Shown here: positions 1 to 9,578 of the stretch, in pieces
How positions within the stretch are numbered: the stretch's first letter is position 1
Layout of the letters: every line of letters begins with the position of its first letter
IMG/VR virus record: IMGVR_UViG_3300025000_000008
From: an uncultured virus (IMG/VR IMGVR_UViG_3300025000_000008)
Taxonomy: Duplodnaviria > Heunggongvirae > Uroviricota > Caudoviricetes
DNA: 20,000 bases
Reading direction: 5' to 3' (one strand)
Position numbers and translations under genes: made by a program
The notes under the pieces: generated by a model
The model's input: only the letters and a program-made list of their open reading frames with translations
What the model was told of the DNA's origin: nothing
The model's database searches: none

Positions 1-1724
1 ACGATAAACTCGAAGGTCTCGTTTTTGAATCCATCCCTGCAGAAAAAAAAGAAGTCGCCCCATCAAAGTTTGACAAATCAGCCTGGCTTGATGGAGAACG
101 AATCCGGTTAAAATCCGATGATCTTGCCGATGCAATCCGCACAAAACAACTCTTCGACCGCAGGTATTCCAAAAATACCAACACCTATAGTTGCCAATTT
201 ACCCTTGATAATCTTCTTAATCTCCGGGAGTGGGGCTTTAAATTCAGCCAAGAACTCCGCCGGAAACAGCGAAATATCTGCAGGAAAGCCAGTACCATAT
301 CTGGTGAAATAGAAATCCCTGACCTTCCCGGAACCCTCCGTGATTACCAAAAAGAAGGGGTCAACTTCCTGAATATCAAAAACGGCCGGGCTTTGATTGC
401 TGATGAAATGGGGGTCGGTAAAACCATTCAGGCCCTGGCGTATTGTCAGCTCGTCAAAGAAGAAAAGCCAATCCTGATCGTAACAACCGGAGGATCAAAA
501 CTCAACTGGAGGAATGAAGTCCGGATCTGGCTCCCGAATTGCTCGACCTATATTTGCGAGGGTCGAAAACCAACAATCGGGAAGATCGATGCCGAGGTTT
601 ATATAATAAACTACGACATCCTCAAAGGGTGGGAAAAAGTATTATTGGCAACCGAGTTCAAGATCCTGATTGGTGATGAGATTCATAAAATCAAAAACCC
701 CACTACCCACCGATCAAAATCATTTGCAAAGCTCGGGGTATCGATTGAGAAATTTATTGCCATGAGCGGCACCCCTTTTGATAACCGACCTATCGAGTTG
801 TTTGCTTCCGTATCGCTTCTAGCCCCTTGGCTCTTCCCTTCTTATTGGGATTATGCAAAACGCTATTGTGCGGCCTACGAATCGCCTTGGGGTTGGGATG
901 TATCCGGCAAGAGTCATATTGACGAGTTATACGACAAACTCGGGTATATTATGATCAGGCGAAAAAAGTCGGATGTCCTGAAGGAACTCCCGGAAAAGAA
1001 CCGGCAGATCATCCCGATTCAATACGAAGAAAGGGTTTATAAACAAGGATTGAAAGAATACCGAGATTGGGCCAGGCGGGAATGGAAAGAAGATGATGAC
1101 GGATTCATGCAATATTTCCGGGATAATCCAGCGGCAGCTATGGTCGAAATTGAGAAGTTAAAACTTGCTGTTGCCCGAAGTAAAATACAATCTGTTTATG
1201 AATGGATTGAGGATTATCTTGAAAACGAAGATAAGCTCGTTGTCTTTTGCGAACATCGAGAAATTCAGGAATTATTGTTGCAAAAATTCAAAGGGATTTC
1301 TATCCATTCAAAAGAAAAGAATTCAGCTCATGAATTCCAGAAATGTACTACTTGTGGGATTGATCAGGATAAACATAGTACCAATCCTGATTCCTGTGAA
1401 AAGTATTCCCCGAATATGAAAACCAGATTGTTTATTGCTGGTCGGGATGCTATCGAGGCAATTACCCTAACCGCGGCGCGAGCGACATGTACGGTGGAAT
1501 TCTGGTGGGTGTGGGCCAAACATGCGCAGGCTGAAGACCGGGTGCATAGGATCGGACAAGAGCATGATTCGGTTGATGCCTTCTATTTGATTGCTGACGG
1601 CACGATTGAAAATGATATAATCAAGATACTCGATAAGAAAAGGCGAACATCTGACGAAGCCCTGGATGGGATAAAGACCGAGAAAGATGATTTATTGGCA
1701 GGTTTGCTCGCCAGTTTGGTATAA
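1..1724 (+). CDS. SNF2/SMARCAL1(HARP)-like helicase/ATPase, 5'-partial (frame open from window start)
   Basis: The frame of ORF 393..1724 is open back to base 3. Q-motif LRDYQKEGV, Walker A ADEMGVGKT, DEIH box, SGTP motif III, QAEDRVHRIGQ motif VI. Confidence 0.9.
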   Translation, partial: DKLEGLVFESIPAEKKEVAPSKFDKSAWLDGERIRLKSDDLADAIRTKQLFDRRYSKNTNTYSCQFTLDNLLNLREWGFKFSQELRRKQRNICRKASTISGEIEIPDLPGTLRDYQKEGVNFLNIKNGRALIADEMGVGKTIQALAYCQLVKEEKPILIVTTGGSKLNWRNEVRIWLPNCSTYICEGRKPTIGKIDAEVYIINYDILKGWEKVLLATEFKILIGDEIHKIKNPTTHRSKSFAKLGVSIEKFIAMSGTPFDNRPIELFASVSLLAPWLFPSYWDYAKRYCAAYESPWGWDVSGKSHIDELYDKLGYIMIRRKKSDVLKELPEKNRQIIPIQYEERVYKQGLKEYRDWARREWKEDDDGFMQYFRDNPAAAMVEIEKLKLAVARSKIQSVYEWIEDYLENEDKLVVFCEHREIQELLLQKFKGISIHSKEKNSAHEFQKCTTCGIDQDKHSTNPDSCEKYSPNMKTRLFIAGRDAIEAITLTAARATCTVEFWWVWAKHAQAEDRVHRIGQEHDSVDAFYLIADGTIENDIIKILDKKRRTSDEALDGIKTEKDDLLAGLLASLV

Positions 1725-1748
1725 TAGAAGAAAATTTTTGGAGGATTT

Positions 1749-1961
1749 ATGAAAGAACTTTCGGCAGAAAAGGCAAAGGCATTGAGACTTGAAAGAACTT
1801 CAAAAGGTCTTTGCGACCGCTGCGGAAAACCTGCAGAAGAAGGGCTTCATCGCTGCAACAAATGCGGTATAACCCATAGGATAAAAGAACGGAATAGAAG
1901 AGGACTTGATCCTTGGAATAAATCAGGTAAGGGGCAAGCCTGGAGATATCAAGGCGAATGA
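1749..1961 (+). CDS. small Zn-finger protein
   Basis: GGAGG RBS upstream; CDRC...CNKC pairs; ATGA overlap with the primase gene. Confidence 0.65.
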   Translation: MKELSAEKAKALRLERTSKGLCDRCGKPAEEGLHRCNKCGITHRIKERNRRGLDPWNKSGKGQAWRYQGE

Positions 1962-2905
1962 TTGATATCCTCAAACTCTACCGTGATTACCGAATTGAAT
2001 ACCGGGATCATGGACACAAGCATTGCCGGTCAGGTTGGGTGCAGATTGAATGCCCATTCTGTTCCGGCAATGCTGGTTTTCACCTCGGCTATTGTGTCGA
2101 TTCCCGTAGCAAATTTGCCGGGGTTTTCGTCTGCTGGCGCTGTGGCGGTCACCATGAACAAAAAGTCCTGAAAGAGATCCTCAAGGACCATAAACCGCGC
2201 CATGACCACAAAGAAATCCTCAAGCAGTATCGGATATCCGGCTTCGCCGGCCCTTCCGTCGATACACAACTCAAACTCGTCAAAACCTCTTTCAAATATC
2301 CCAGCGGAACGGATATTATGCAGGACCATCACCGCCGGTATCTCCTGAAAAGAAACTTCGATCCTGACTATATCGAAAGCGAGTGGGGAGTTCTCGGGAC
2401 CGGCCCAATCTCTTCTTTAAGTGTCGGCCGAGGGAAAGAGAAGAAGTATATCGATTATCGCAATAGAATCATTATCCCCATAGAGTGGGATGGAAAAATA
2501 GTTTCTTTCCAAGGTAGGGATATTACAAACCGTCACAAAATGAAGTATCTCGCTTGCCCTGAAGAGCGGGAAATCATTAATCTGAAAACCATCCTTTATG
2601 GGAAATCGAATGGTAAAAGAGGGGTCCTTGTTGAAGGTGTTACCGATGTTTGGCGTTTAGGATTTGGCTCTTTATCTACTTTTGGGATAAAATATACCCT
2701 GAAGCAAATAAAATGCCTGAGCAAGTTTGAAATGGTATTTATCTTATTTGATCCGGAAGAGCAGGCCCAACAACAGGCGGAGAAGATCGAAGCGGCATTA
2801 AATTTCAGGGGCGTGAAAACCAAGATTTTGACAGATATAACCACAGATCCAGGAGAAATGAAGCAGGATGATGCAGACCTTTTGATGGAGGATTTGGGCT
2901 TATGA
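1958..2905 (+). CDS. phage DNA primase (Zn-binding + TOPRIM)
   Basis: N-terminal CPFC...CWRC; RIIIPI...SFQGR; TOPRIM VEGVTD and LFDPE; DPGE motif. Confidence 0.85.
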   Translation: MIDILKLYRDYRIEYRDHGHKHCRSGWVQIECPFCSGNAGFHLGYCVDSRSKFAGVFVCWRCGGHHEQKVLKEILKDHKPRHDHKEILKQYRISGFAGPSVDTQLKLVKTSFKYPSGTDIMQDHHRRYLLKRNFDPDYIESEWGVLGTGPISSLSVGRGKEKKYIDYRNRIIIPIEWDGKIVSFQGRDITNRHKMKYLACPEEREIINLKTILYGKSNGKRGVLVEGVTDVWRLGFGSLSTFGIKYTLKQIKCLSKFEMVFILFDPEEQAQQQAEKIEAALNFRGVKTKILTDITTDPGEMKQDDADLLMEDLGL

Positions 2906-3090
2906 AAAAGAAAATCGGGGAGGAAGTGAAGATACAAAAAACAAGGAGAATTCAAGTAAAAACTGAACAGTATGGGTTATCGAAAGAAATTGTTGCTTTA
3001 ATTCCGGATCAAGGGGGGCTTGAGGCCAGAAAGTATTATGACCACATGGAGAAATATCGACAGGAACGTGAAATGTTCGATATTTTTTAA
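2902..3090 (+). CDS. hypothetical protein
   Basis: 62-aa ORF, ATGA overlap with primase stop, GGAGG upstream. Confidence 0.5.
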   Translation: MKKKIGEEVKIQKTRRIQVKTEQYGLSKEIVALIPDQGGLEARKYYDHMEKYRQEREMFDIF

Positions 3091-3116
3091 GACAAACAAA
3101 TCAAAGGAAAATAACC

Positions 3117-3965
3117 ATGAAAATCATCAAACCAGAAGTACAGTTTTTTGGAGAAGTCCCGACAGAATATAATGCTGCGCTCAAGTTTATCGAGATGGCC
3201 GGGCGAACCTGTTACAAATCAGAGGATAAGATCACCGAGACCAGCGCCGAGGGATTCGTCCGGAAGCTGATCAAGGCCGGGCATCTGGCTATGGTTGAGC
3301 ATTCGAATTTTGTGGTTAGATTTGATAACCCGAATGTAAATGTTATTCATGTTTTGGGTAATTTTCTTAATATGCACAGCGATAACCATTTTACTTACGT
3401 GGGTGGAAGTCTTACGGCGTGGTATAACCAGCTAAAAGCAATTAAAAGTTATGCACCTGTATTTTTTCCATTTATAAAGCTGTACAGTGGATTATTTAAT
3501 TTATTTGATTTGTATGCAGATTCTTGGGAAGTATGCCCCCATGACGAAATCCCCAAAGAACTCCACCGCTACTCAGCAAAGTTTATCTGTGATCGCGGGG
3601 TCAGTCATGAACTGGTGCGGCATAGGCCCTGCTCGTTTGCGCAGGAGTCAACCAGGTATGTAAATTACGCCGGCAAGGATATGGAGTTTATTGCCCCGGA
3701 TGAATATGATTCTTTTACTTTGGAACAATTATATTTGTTTGAAAGAATGTGTGTCACTTCCGAAAACTTCTATAACAAAATGATCAGGCTGGGACAGACA
3801 CCTCAACAGGCTCGTGCGCTTTTGATAAACGCCCTGAAGACTGAGATCGTAGTCACGGCAGATGCAACTGAATGGAAACACATCAAGAAGTTGCGGACGG
3901 CGAAGTCAGCCCACCCTGACATGCAGCGGGTAATGAACATGATGCCTTGGGATTCATTCCTGTAA
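3117..3965 (+). CDS. thyX: FAD-dependent thymidylate synthase
   Basis: GRTCYKS, GHLAMVEH, DRGVSHELVRHR-SFAQESTRY (RHRx7SxR ThyX signature), AHPDM. Confidence 0.93.
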   Translation: MKIIKPEVQFFGEVPTEYNAALKFIEMAGRTCYKSEDKITETSAEGFVRKLIKAGHLAMVEHSNFVVRFDNPNVNVIHVLGNFLNMHSDNHFTYVGGSLTAWYNQLKAIKSYAPVFFPFIKLYSGLFNLFDLYADSWEVCPHDEIPKELHRYSAKFICDRGVSHELVRHRPCSFAQESTRYVNYAGKDMEFIAPDEYDSFTLEQLYLFERMCVTSENFYNKMIRLGQTPQQARALLINALKTEIVVTADATEWKHIKKLRTAKSAHPDMQRVMNMMPWDSFL

Positions 3966-3995
3966 AATAAATATTAACAACTGGAGGAAATCATC

Positions 3996-4187
3996 GTGAT
4001 TATTTGCTGTTGTAATCAAGCCCTGTCTTTATGCTCAGATACCTGCATTCGATGGTGGCGCCGGACCCATAAACCAAATGAGGTAATACGGGTAAAGGCA
4101 TGGTCAAAACACCCTAAAGAATCTCCATCGATACAAGCAGCAATTGATTATGCAAAGGGGTTAAACTGGCCGGAAACAGATGATTGA
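3996..4187 (+). CDS. hypothetical protein
   Basis: GTG start preceded by GGAGG; 63 aa, Cys-rich N-terminus. Confidence 0.45.
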   Translation: MIICCCNQALSLCSDTCIRWWRRTHKPNEVIRVKAWSKHPKESPSIQAAIDYAKGLNWPETDD

Positions 4188-4289
4188 AATAAATAATTAG
4201 TTGATATAAAAATAACACTTTTATTTCTAATCTAATTATATTATAAAGGCTTTTAAAGGGTCGCGCCTTTTACTCGGTTTGAAATATTG

Positions 4290-4356
4290 ATCCCCCTGGA
4301 ATGTGAGTAGGTAACCGACCTGCGCGACCTCATTTTCCAGGGGGATTTTTTGTTTT
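4290..4356 (+). terminator. terminator/attenuator-like hairpin with large loop
   Basis: Perfect 12-bp inverted repeat ATCCCCCTGGAA (4290-4301) / TTCCAGGGGGAT (4335-4346), followed by a T-rich tract. Confidence 0.6.
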
Positions 4357-4365
4357 GGAGTCAAT

Positions 4366-4941
4366 ATGAGATTTGAAAACGAAAGAGAATTGGTAAAAGC
4401 CTATTTAGAAAAATGTGAAAAGACTAAATATTGCGAAATAACAGAACAAGACCTCCCATGTAAAAATAGATTTGTGGAATTTATACTTCCCGGATTTGGA
4501 AGAATAGATTTAATTGATTTTTCTTTTGGGGCTAATCCATTTGATGGTATTTTATATGGAATAGTTCATATATTGGAATTCAAAAATAATAGCCTTTGTA
4601 GAGATGATGTCGTCCAAGTCAATAGGTATTATCAAGGAATAAAAAATATAATAAAAGATAAATTTAACATCTATGATATAAATCAAAAAAAGACATCGAT
4701 TCATATTGGTTTATATTTAATTGGATCTGAAGCAAATTTCAATCCCGATACAATGTTGCTCATTGATTCGATTCCTGAACTACAAATTATGACACATAAA
4801 ATAGTAAATGGGAAAATAGAAATAGATTTTGATCCTCTAAAAGGAGTAGAATATCCAGCAGATACCAACCCGGTGTTAGATAAACACCTAACTGCCGCTA
4901 AATATGAATGGGATAATATTCGTAAGGCAGGGGGTAATTGA
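4366..4941 (+). CDS. PD-(D/E)xK nuclease-like protein
   Basis: GRIDL...ILEFK...QVNRYY pattern of the restriction-endonuclease-like fold; AT-rich. Confidence 0.6.
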   Translation: MRFENERELVKAYLEKCEKTKYCEITEQDLPCKNRFVEFILPGFGRIDLIDFSFGANPFDGILYGIVHILEFKNNSLCRDDVVQVNRYYQGIKNIIKDKFNIYDINQKKTSIHIGLYLIGSEANFNPDTMLLIDSIPELQIMTHKIVNGKIEIDFDPLKGVEYPADTNPVLDKHLTAAKYEWDNIRKAGGN

Positions 4942-5831
4942 TTATGCCAAATACCATTGAAGATAAACCCAAAAGAAAAACTAAAGGTATTTGGATTCCT
5001 ATTGAAATTTGGGAGCATGAAGATTTAAGTTTGCAAGAGAAGGTATTTCTTGCGGAAATTGATAGTCTTGATAATGATGATGGGTGTTGGGCTTCCAATG
5101 AATATTTCGCCAAACACTTTGATTTATCCAAAAATAGGATCAGCGTCGTAATATCTTCTTTAGTGAATAAAGGTTTTCTCACAAATCATCTTATCTATAA
5201 GGAAAATTCCAAAGAAATTTATAGAAGAATTCTTAGAATAACAAGTAGTTTATATCCATCAAAACATTGCCCCCCTATATCTGAAAACGCAAATACCCCC
5301 TCCCTTTGGAAACGCAACGAGGGTATCCTTGGAAGTAAAGATACCCCTCCCTTTGAAAACGCAAAGGATAATAATCTATCTTTTAACAATCCAAAAGAAT
5401 ATCTTTTAAAAGATATAGGCGCTCCTTCGGAGCTGCCGTCTTCTAGTTCTAATACTTCCAAAAATAATCTTATAGCAAAAGCAAATAGAATTATAAAACA
5501 TCTAAATAAAGTTACCTCCAAAAATTTAAAATTACTCCCCGCAAATAGACAACCAATAATCGCCAGACTCAAGGTTTATACTTACAAAGACTGTATCGAA
5601 GTTATCAATAAAAAATCCAAACATGAATGGTTCGTCGAAAATGGCAATATGACCATTGATACTTTATTCCGCCCAAAGAATTTCGACAAATACCTTAACG
5701 AAGATCCCAAACAATTCAAGAAACAAAACAAAGGCCCAAGTAATGGTTCTGGAGTTTCCGGCACAATGAACTACCAAAAAGGGAAAACTATAAAAGTTGA
5801 ATGGGTAGACTTAGGAGAAGATAATGAATGA
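4938..5831 (+). CDS. phage replication initiator (N-terminal winged HTH; start may be ATG 4944)
   Basis: GIWIP...LSLQEK...EIDSL...CWASNEYFA...ISSLVNKG wHTH; C-terminal IIKHLN...TLFRPKNFDKYLNE motif seen in phage initiators; directly upstream of a DnaC-like gene. Confidence 0.8.
   Translation: MIMPNTIEDKPKRKTKGIWIPIEIWEHEDLSLQEKVFLAEIDSLDNDDGCWASNEYFAKHFDLSKNRISVVISSLVNKGFLTNHLIYKENSKEIYRRILRITSSLYPSKHCPPISENANTPSLWKRNEGILGSKDTPPFENAKDNNLSFNNPKEYLLKDIGAPSELPSSSSNTSKNNLIAKANRIIKHLNKVTSKNLKLLPANRQPIIARLKVYTYKDCIEVINKKSKHEWFVENGNMTIDTLFRPKNFDKYLNEDPKQFKKQNKGPSNGSGVSGTMNYQKGKTIKVEWVDLGEDNE
5283..5364 (+). repeat. iteron-like direct repeats (candidate origin) inside the initiator gene
   Basis: ATACCCCCTCCCTTTGGAAACGCAA (5293-5317), ATACCCCTCCCTTTGAAAACGCAA (5341-5364), partial GAAAACGCAA (5283-5292). 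Confidence 0.65.
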
Positions 5832-6528
5832 TGTTTTTGATGATTTTGACATAATCGAATTTCCAAATCAAGAACAGGTATTTTGTCAATGCGGGGATAA
5901 AGTAAGTTTTGGTTGCGAGGATCAATGCCGGGTTTGTTTCTATTCAGCCAAATTCAAGGCCAAAAATATTCTTACCCACCTGAGCGAAGCTAATGTCCCG
6001 CCTAAATCTGCTCGTAGAGCGTCAAAACTGGCTCTACGCTTCAAGGAAAATAAAAAGGCTTATCCTGGGTCGCTTATCCCCGAAACATTTAGTCACAGCC
6101 TGTTTCTCCCCGGCAAAGCCGGAATAGGGAAAACATCTTTTGCCCTCCTGACTATGATGTATCACATGGAGCAGTTCAATTGCGTAAAAGGGAGATTCCA
6201 GAAGGGGAAAACTTTTTTATTTGAAACAACTCAAGATATGATCCAAATTTTACGGCATGCCATCCGGGGTTCCGTCGAAGATGAAATTGCAACAATCGAC
6301 AAATACAAAAACGTGGACTTCCTGATCCTTGATGATTTTGGGGTGGAGAAAAGTACCGACTGGGCATTCTCGGTTTTGTATCTGATCATCTCTCACCGAT
6401 ATGAAGAAGATAAGCAGACGATCTTCACTAGCAACTTCGATCTGGATCAATTGGCCGAGAAGAACAATGACGAGCGCCTGACCCGTAGAATTTCCGATTG
6501 GTGCAAAATAATCCACTTGACAAGATAA
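5824..6528 (+). CDS. DnaC/IstB-like AAA+ helicase loader
   Basis: Walker A GKAGIGKT, Walker B LILDDFG, TIFTSN, RLTRRI. Confidence 0.88.
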   Translation: MNDVFDDFDIIEFPNQEQVFCQCGDKVSFGCEDQCRVCFYSAKFKAKNILTHLSEANVPPKSARRASKLALRFKENKKAYPGSLIPETFSHSLFLPGKAGIGKTSFALLTMMYHMEQFNCVKGRFQKGKTFLFETTQDMIQILRHAIRGSVEDEIATIDKYKNVDFLILDDFGVEKSTDWAFSVLYLIISHRYEEDKQTIFTSNFDLDQLAEKNNDERLTRRISDWCKIIHLTR

Positions 6529-6600
6529 ATTGAATCAAAATGCTGGTCATTGAAGTATAATATGTCGAACGGTTAAAACAAAATCAGGAGGGGAAATAAA

Positions 6601-6906
6601 ATGTATCTATGTTCAGAAAAATGCCCTTTAGAGACAAATTGTGAAGGGGTATGTTTTTATCCAAATTTTAGAATAAAAACGCCAACACCAAATACCCCTG
6701 AGCCTGACCCGGTCAAAAATAATCACCCGGCGGTTTGGGATCTCGTCTTGAAGGATATGGCCGAGCGGGATGCAATCGGGGAGCAGAAATACGGAACCAG
6801 ACTTCAGCCGCATAATGGCCGGGATGCTTTGGTGGATTTATATCAGGAACTTTTAGATGCGGTCGTTTATATCCGGCAGACAATTTACGAACGGGATAAT
6901 AAATAA
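6601..6906 (+). CDS. hypothetical phage protein (possible all-alpha NTP-pyrophosphatase-like domain)
   Basis: GGAGG RBS; RDAIGEQKYGT...YQELLDAVVY resembles a common phage family; function uncertain. Confidence 0.55.
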   Translation: MYLCSEKCPLETNCEGVCFYPNFRIKTPTPNTPEPDPVKNNHPAVWDLVLKDMAERDAIGEQKYGTRLQPHNGRDALVDLYQELLDAVVYIRQTIYERDNK

Positions 6907-6907
6907 C

Positions 6908-7081
6908 ATGATCCCAATAATTCAGCGAGACTGCGGAAAATGTCGGGAACTGTATATAGAAAATCAGAAAACGCTTTGTCGTAAATATCCCGGTCGGATA
7001 CTCCTCGGAGAAAGGTTGCGGGCTTGCAAGAACGGAGAAATCAAACCTGTTCAAATTATTTGTCCAGTTTGCGGCAAATAA
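6908..7081 (+). CDS. small Cys-rich (Zn-binding) protein
   Basis: ATG at 6908 just after the upstream stop; CGKC...C...C...CPVC. Confidence 0.5.
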   Translation: MIPIIQRDCGKCRELYIENQKTLCRKYPGRILLGERLRACKNGEIKPVQIICPVCGK

Positions 7082-7116
7082 AACAATTTACAATGAGTAA
7101 AAAGCGAGGGATTGAA

Positions 7117-7428
7117 ATGAAAAGATATCTACTAGCAATATTGATCCTTTTAAGTATCCCGACGGTATCTTTTGCAGGAGAAAAATGGGAAGAAAAATGT
7201 GCCGTAATTTCTAATCTTGCTTATGTAATAATGGAAGCCCGGCAGAACGGAGCACCAATGCAAAAAATTATGGAAAAGGTAGTTGGGACAAAAATATACG
7301 AGCGAATGGTCTTTGAAGCGTATGAGACTCCAAGATTCAATACAGAAGAATACCAGACTGATGCAGAGAATGATTTTCGCGATCGGTGGTACTTGTTATG
7401 TTCTAAAAATTTAAGCGAGGGGAAATAA
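7117..7428 (+). CDS. small exported protein with signal peptide
   Basis: MKRYLLAILILLSIPTVSFA-G is signal-peptide-like; GAGG upstream of ATG 7117, so a better start than 7024. Confidence 0.65.
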   Translation: MKRYLLAILILLSIPTVSFAGEKWEEKCAVISNLAYVIMEARQNGAPMQKIMEKVVGTKIYERMVFEAYETPRFNTEEYQTDAENDFRDRWYLLCSKNLSEGK

Positions 7429-8042
7429 TGATCGATCTGAAACAAACAATGCTGAAAAATTGGCAGGAGAAGAATTTTCCCCGCAGCAGATATGAAGCGA
7501 TGACCAAGGATGAACTTATTGATATGATTTTGATCATGCAGTTTACCCTTGGCATGGCAGAAGAAGTCGGAGAGATTTGCCACCATATCCTGAAGGGGGT
7601 ACAAGGTATTCGCGGTGGAGTTAATGGAATAGATAAGAAACAAGTCGCGGATGGATTTGGTGATACAATAGTATTTGGCGAACAACTTTGCTCTGCTCTT
7701 GATATTAATGCTGAAGAAGAGGTTTCTGAAGTAATTGATGCGGTATTGAAGAGAAACTGGAAAGAAGATCCGAGCGGCAAGAAGATGAAAACCCCAATTC
7801 AGGAATATTGTACCTGTTTAGCGGATGGGGTATTTACTACGACTTCATATGATAGGAAGAAAGACCGCTATATTTGTGATGAATGTAAGAAAATGCAATC
7901 ATTTGTTTCATTAATGGGTCAATATAAAGAATATTGCGACTGTAAACAAAAAGGAATATTGACCTCTTCATTTCATGATAGAGAAGGTAAACCCATTTGC
8001 TTTAATTGTTATTTGCCTAAAAAGCCTTATCAGCCGGTTTGA
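7428..8042 (+). CDS. MazG-like NTP pyrophosphohydrolase with duplicated C-terminal Zn-ribbon
   Basis: LGMAEEVGE...VADGFGD MazG-type motif; TAATG overlap; two CxC...CxxC repeats. Confidence 0.7.
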   Translation: MIDLKQTMLKNWQEKNFPRSRYEAMTKDELIDMILIMQFTLGMAEEVGEICHHILKGVQGIRGGVNGIDKKQVADGFGDTIVFGEQLCSALDINAEEEVSEVIDAVLKRNWKEDPSGKKMKTPIQEYCTCLADGVFTTTSYDRKKDRYICDECKKMQSFVSLMGQYKEYCDCKQKGILTSSFHDREGKPICFNCYLPKKPYQPV

Positions 8043-8045
8043 TCA

Positions 8046-9578
8046 ATGAGTGAAAAATTCATTGAGCGCCGGATTGCAATCGGCCTCATCACCAACGAAA
8101 AATACCTGCGTGAAGTATCCCCCGTCTTCTCCCAGGATCTTCTGAAAGACGATGCCGCCAAAAAAATATCCTCATGGTGCATCCGGTATTTCAATAAGCA
8201 CGGGAAAGCCCCGCTTGAAGATATTGCCATCATCTATGAATCCTATATCAGGCGCGGGAAACTGGCCCATGACGAGGCGGAAGACATCGGGGATATCCTA
8301 GATAGCCTATCTGATGAATATCAAAGTCAGGCCGAGAATAACCCCGACGTATTGATTGATGAAACCTTTGCCTACTTCGATGAAAATAGATTAATCAGAC
8401 TTGCCGATGATATCAAAGCTGAAGCCCAGCGAGGAAATACCCTTGAAGCGAATGCCCTTATTGCCGAAAACAGGCAAATCCAAAGACAAGCAAATATCAA
8501 CTACGACTTCTTCGCCGATGATGTTGAAAGAACTAAATCGATCTTTGAAAATGTCCAAGAACCGATTATTGAATATCCCGGAAAACTAGGCCAACTTTGG
8601 AATAGGCATTTTGTGCGGGGAGGATTTATGGGCCTCCTTGGAGGAGAGAAAGTCGGTAAAACATGGATACTAATGGATATTGCTTTCCAGTCCCAAAGAT
8701 CCGGACGAAAAGTAGCATTCTTCGCGGCCGGGGATATGAACCGGGAAGAAATGGAACTCCGGAAATATATCTACATGGCCAGGCGTTCCAATGAGTATGA
8801 ATATTGTGGAAACCTTATGATTCCGGTCATTGATTGCTTCTGGAATCAAAATGGGTCATGCTCAACGGGCTGCGGAGAAGCCCCGATCCGAGGCGATAAG
8901 CCACCAGCCTTCAAGGATATGCAGAAGGTTTATACAGAAGCCTTTGAACAATACGGGGCAGATCATGAGCCATGTACCAAATGCATGGGGAAGAAAGAAT
9001 TCCTTGGCTCCCCATGGTTCAAGACCCGGCCGAAAGTTGATCCCTTGACTTGGAAAGAAGGATATGAAATTGAACGAAAATTCAGGAAGAGATTCCGGAA
9101 TGCCGGGTGGAATTTTGCGGATTATACTTCTGATACCCTGACGACGAGGATGATCGATAATCAACTTGCTATCTGGCATGAGCAGGGATTTACTGCCGAT
9201 ATCATCTTGATTGACTATCCGGATATTATGGCCCCAGATGATGAGGATCGAAAACTCGATTTCCGGCAGAAAGAGAATCGGAAGTGGTTGAAACTCAGGG
9301 GACTTGCCCATAAGTGGCATTGCCTCGTAGTATGCCCTACACAAGCCGATGCCGGGTCCTATGGGAAGGATTGGTTGGACCTGAGTAATTACAGCGAGGA
9401 CAAGCGAAAGTACAGCCATGCAACAGCATTCTTTGGATTGAATCAAACCGATGGGGAGGCAGAACTCGGGATCTTCCGAATAAATCAATTGATTGTTCGT
9501 AGCGGAAAACGAGGGAAGAAATACGCAACTATTTGTCAGCGGCTCGAAATGGGTCGTCCATTTTTGGGGTCATATTAA
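8046..9578 (+). CDS. DnaB-like (SF4) replicative helicase
   Basis: Walker A GGEKVGKT, ILIDYPD, PTQ, SEDKRK motifs; helical N-terminal domain. Confidence 0.82.
   Translation: MSEKFIERRIAIGLITNEKYLREVSPVFSQDLLKDDAAKKISSWCIRYFNKHGKAPLEDIAIIYESYIRRGKLAHDEAEDIGDILDSLSDEYQSQAENNPDVLIDETFAYFDENRLIRLADDIKAEAQRGNTLEANALIAENRQIQRQANINYDFFADDVERTKSIFENVQEPIIEYPGKLGQLWNRHFVRGGFMGLLGGEKVGKTWILMDIAFQSQRSGRKVAFFAAGDMNREEMELRKYIYMARRSNEYEYCGNLMIPVIDCFWNQNGSCSTGCGEAPIRGDKPPAFKDMQKVYTEAFEQYGADHEPCTKCMGKKEFLGSPWFKTRPKVDPLTWKEGYEIERKFRKRFRNAGWNFADYTSDTLTTRMIDNQLAIWHEQGFTADIILIDYPDIMAPDDEDRKLDFRQKENRKWLKLRGLAHKWHCLVVCPTQADAGSYGKDWLDLSNYSEDKRKYSHATAFFGLNQTDGEAELGIFRINQLIVRSGKRGKKYATICQRLEMGRPFLGSY

Noticed and set aside
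8862..9488. 208-aa minus-strand ORF and the other minus-strand ORFs
   Set aside because: Antisense shadows of well-supported + strand genes, with no recognisable motifs.
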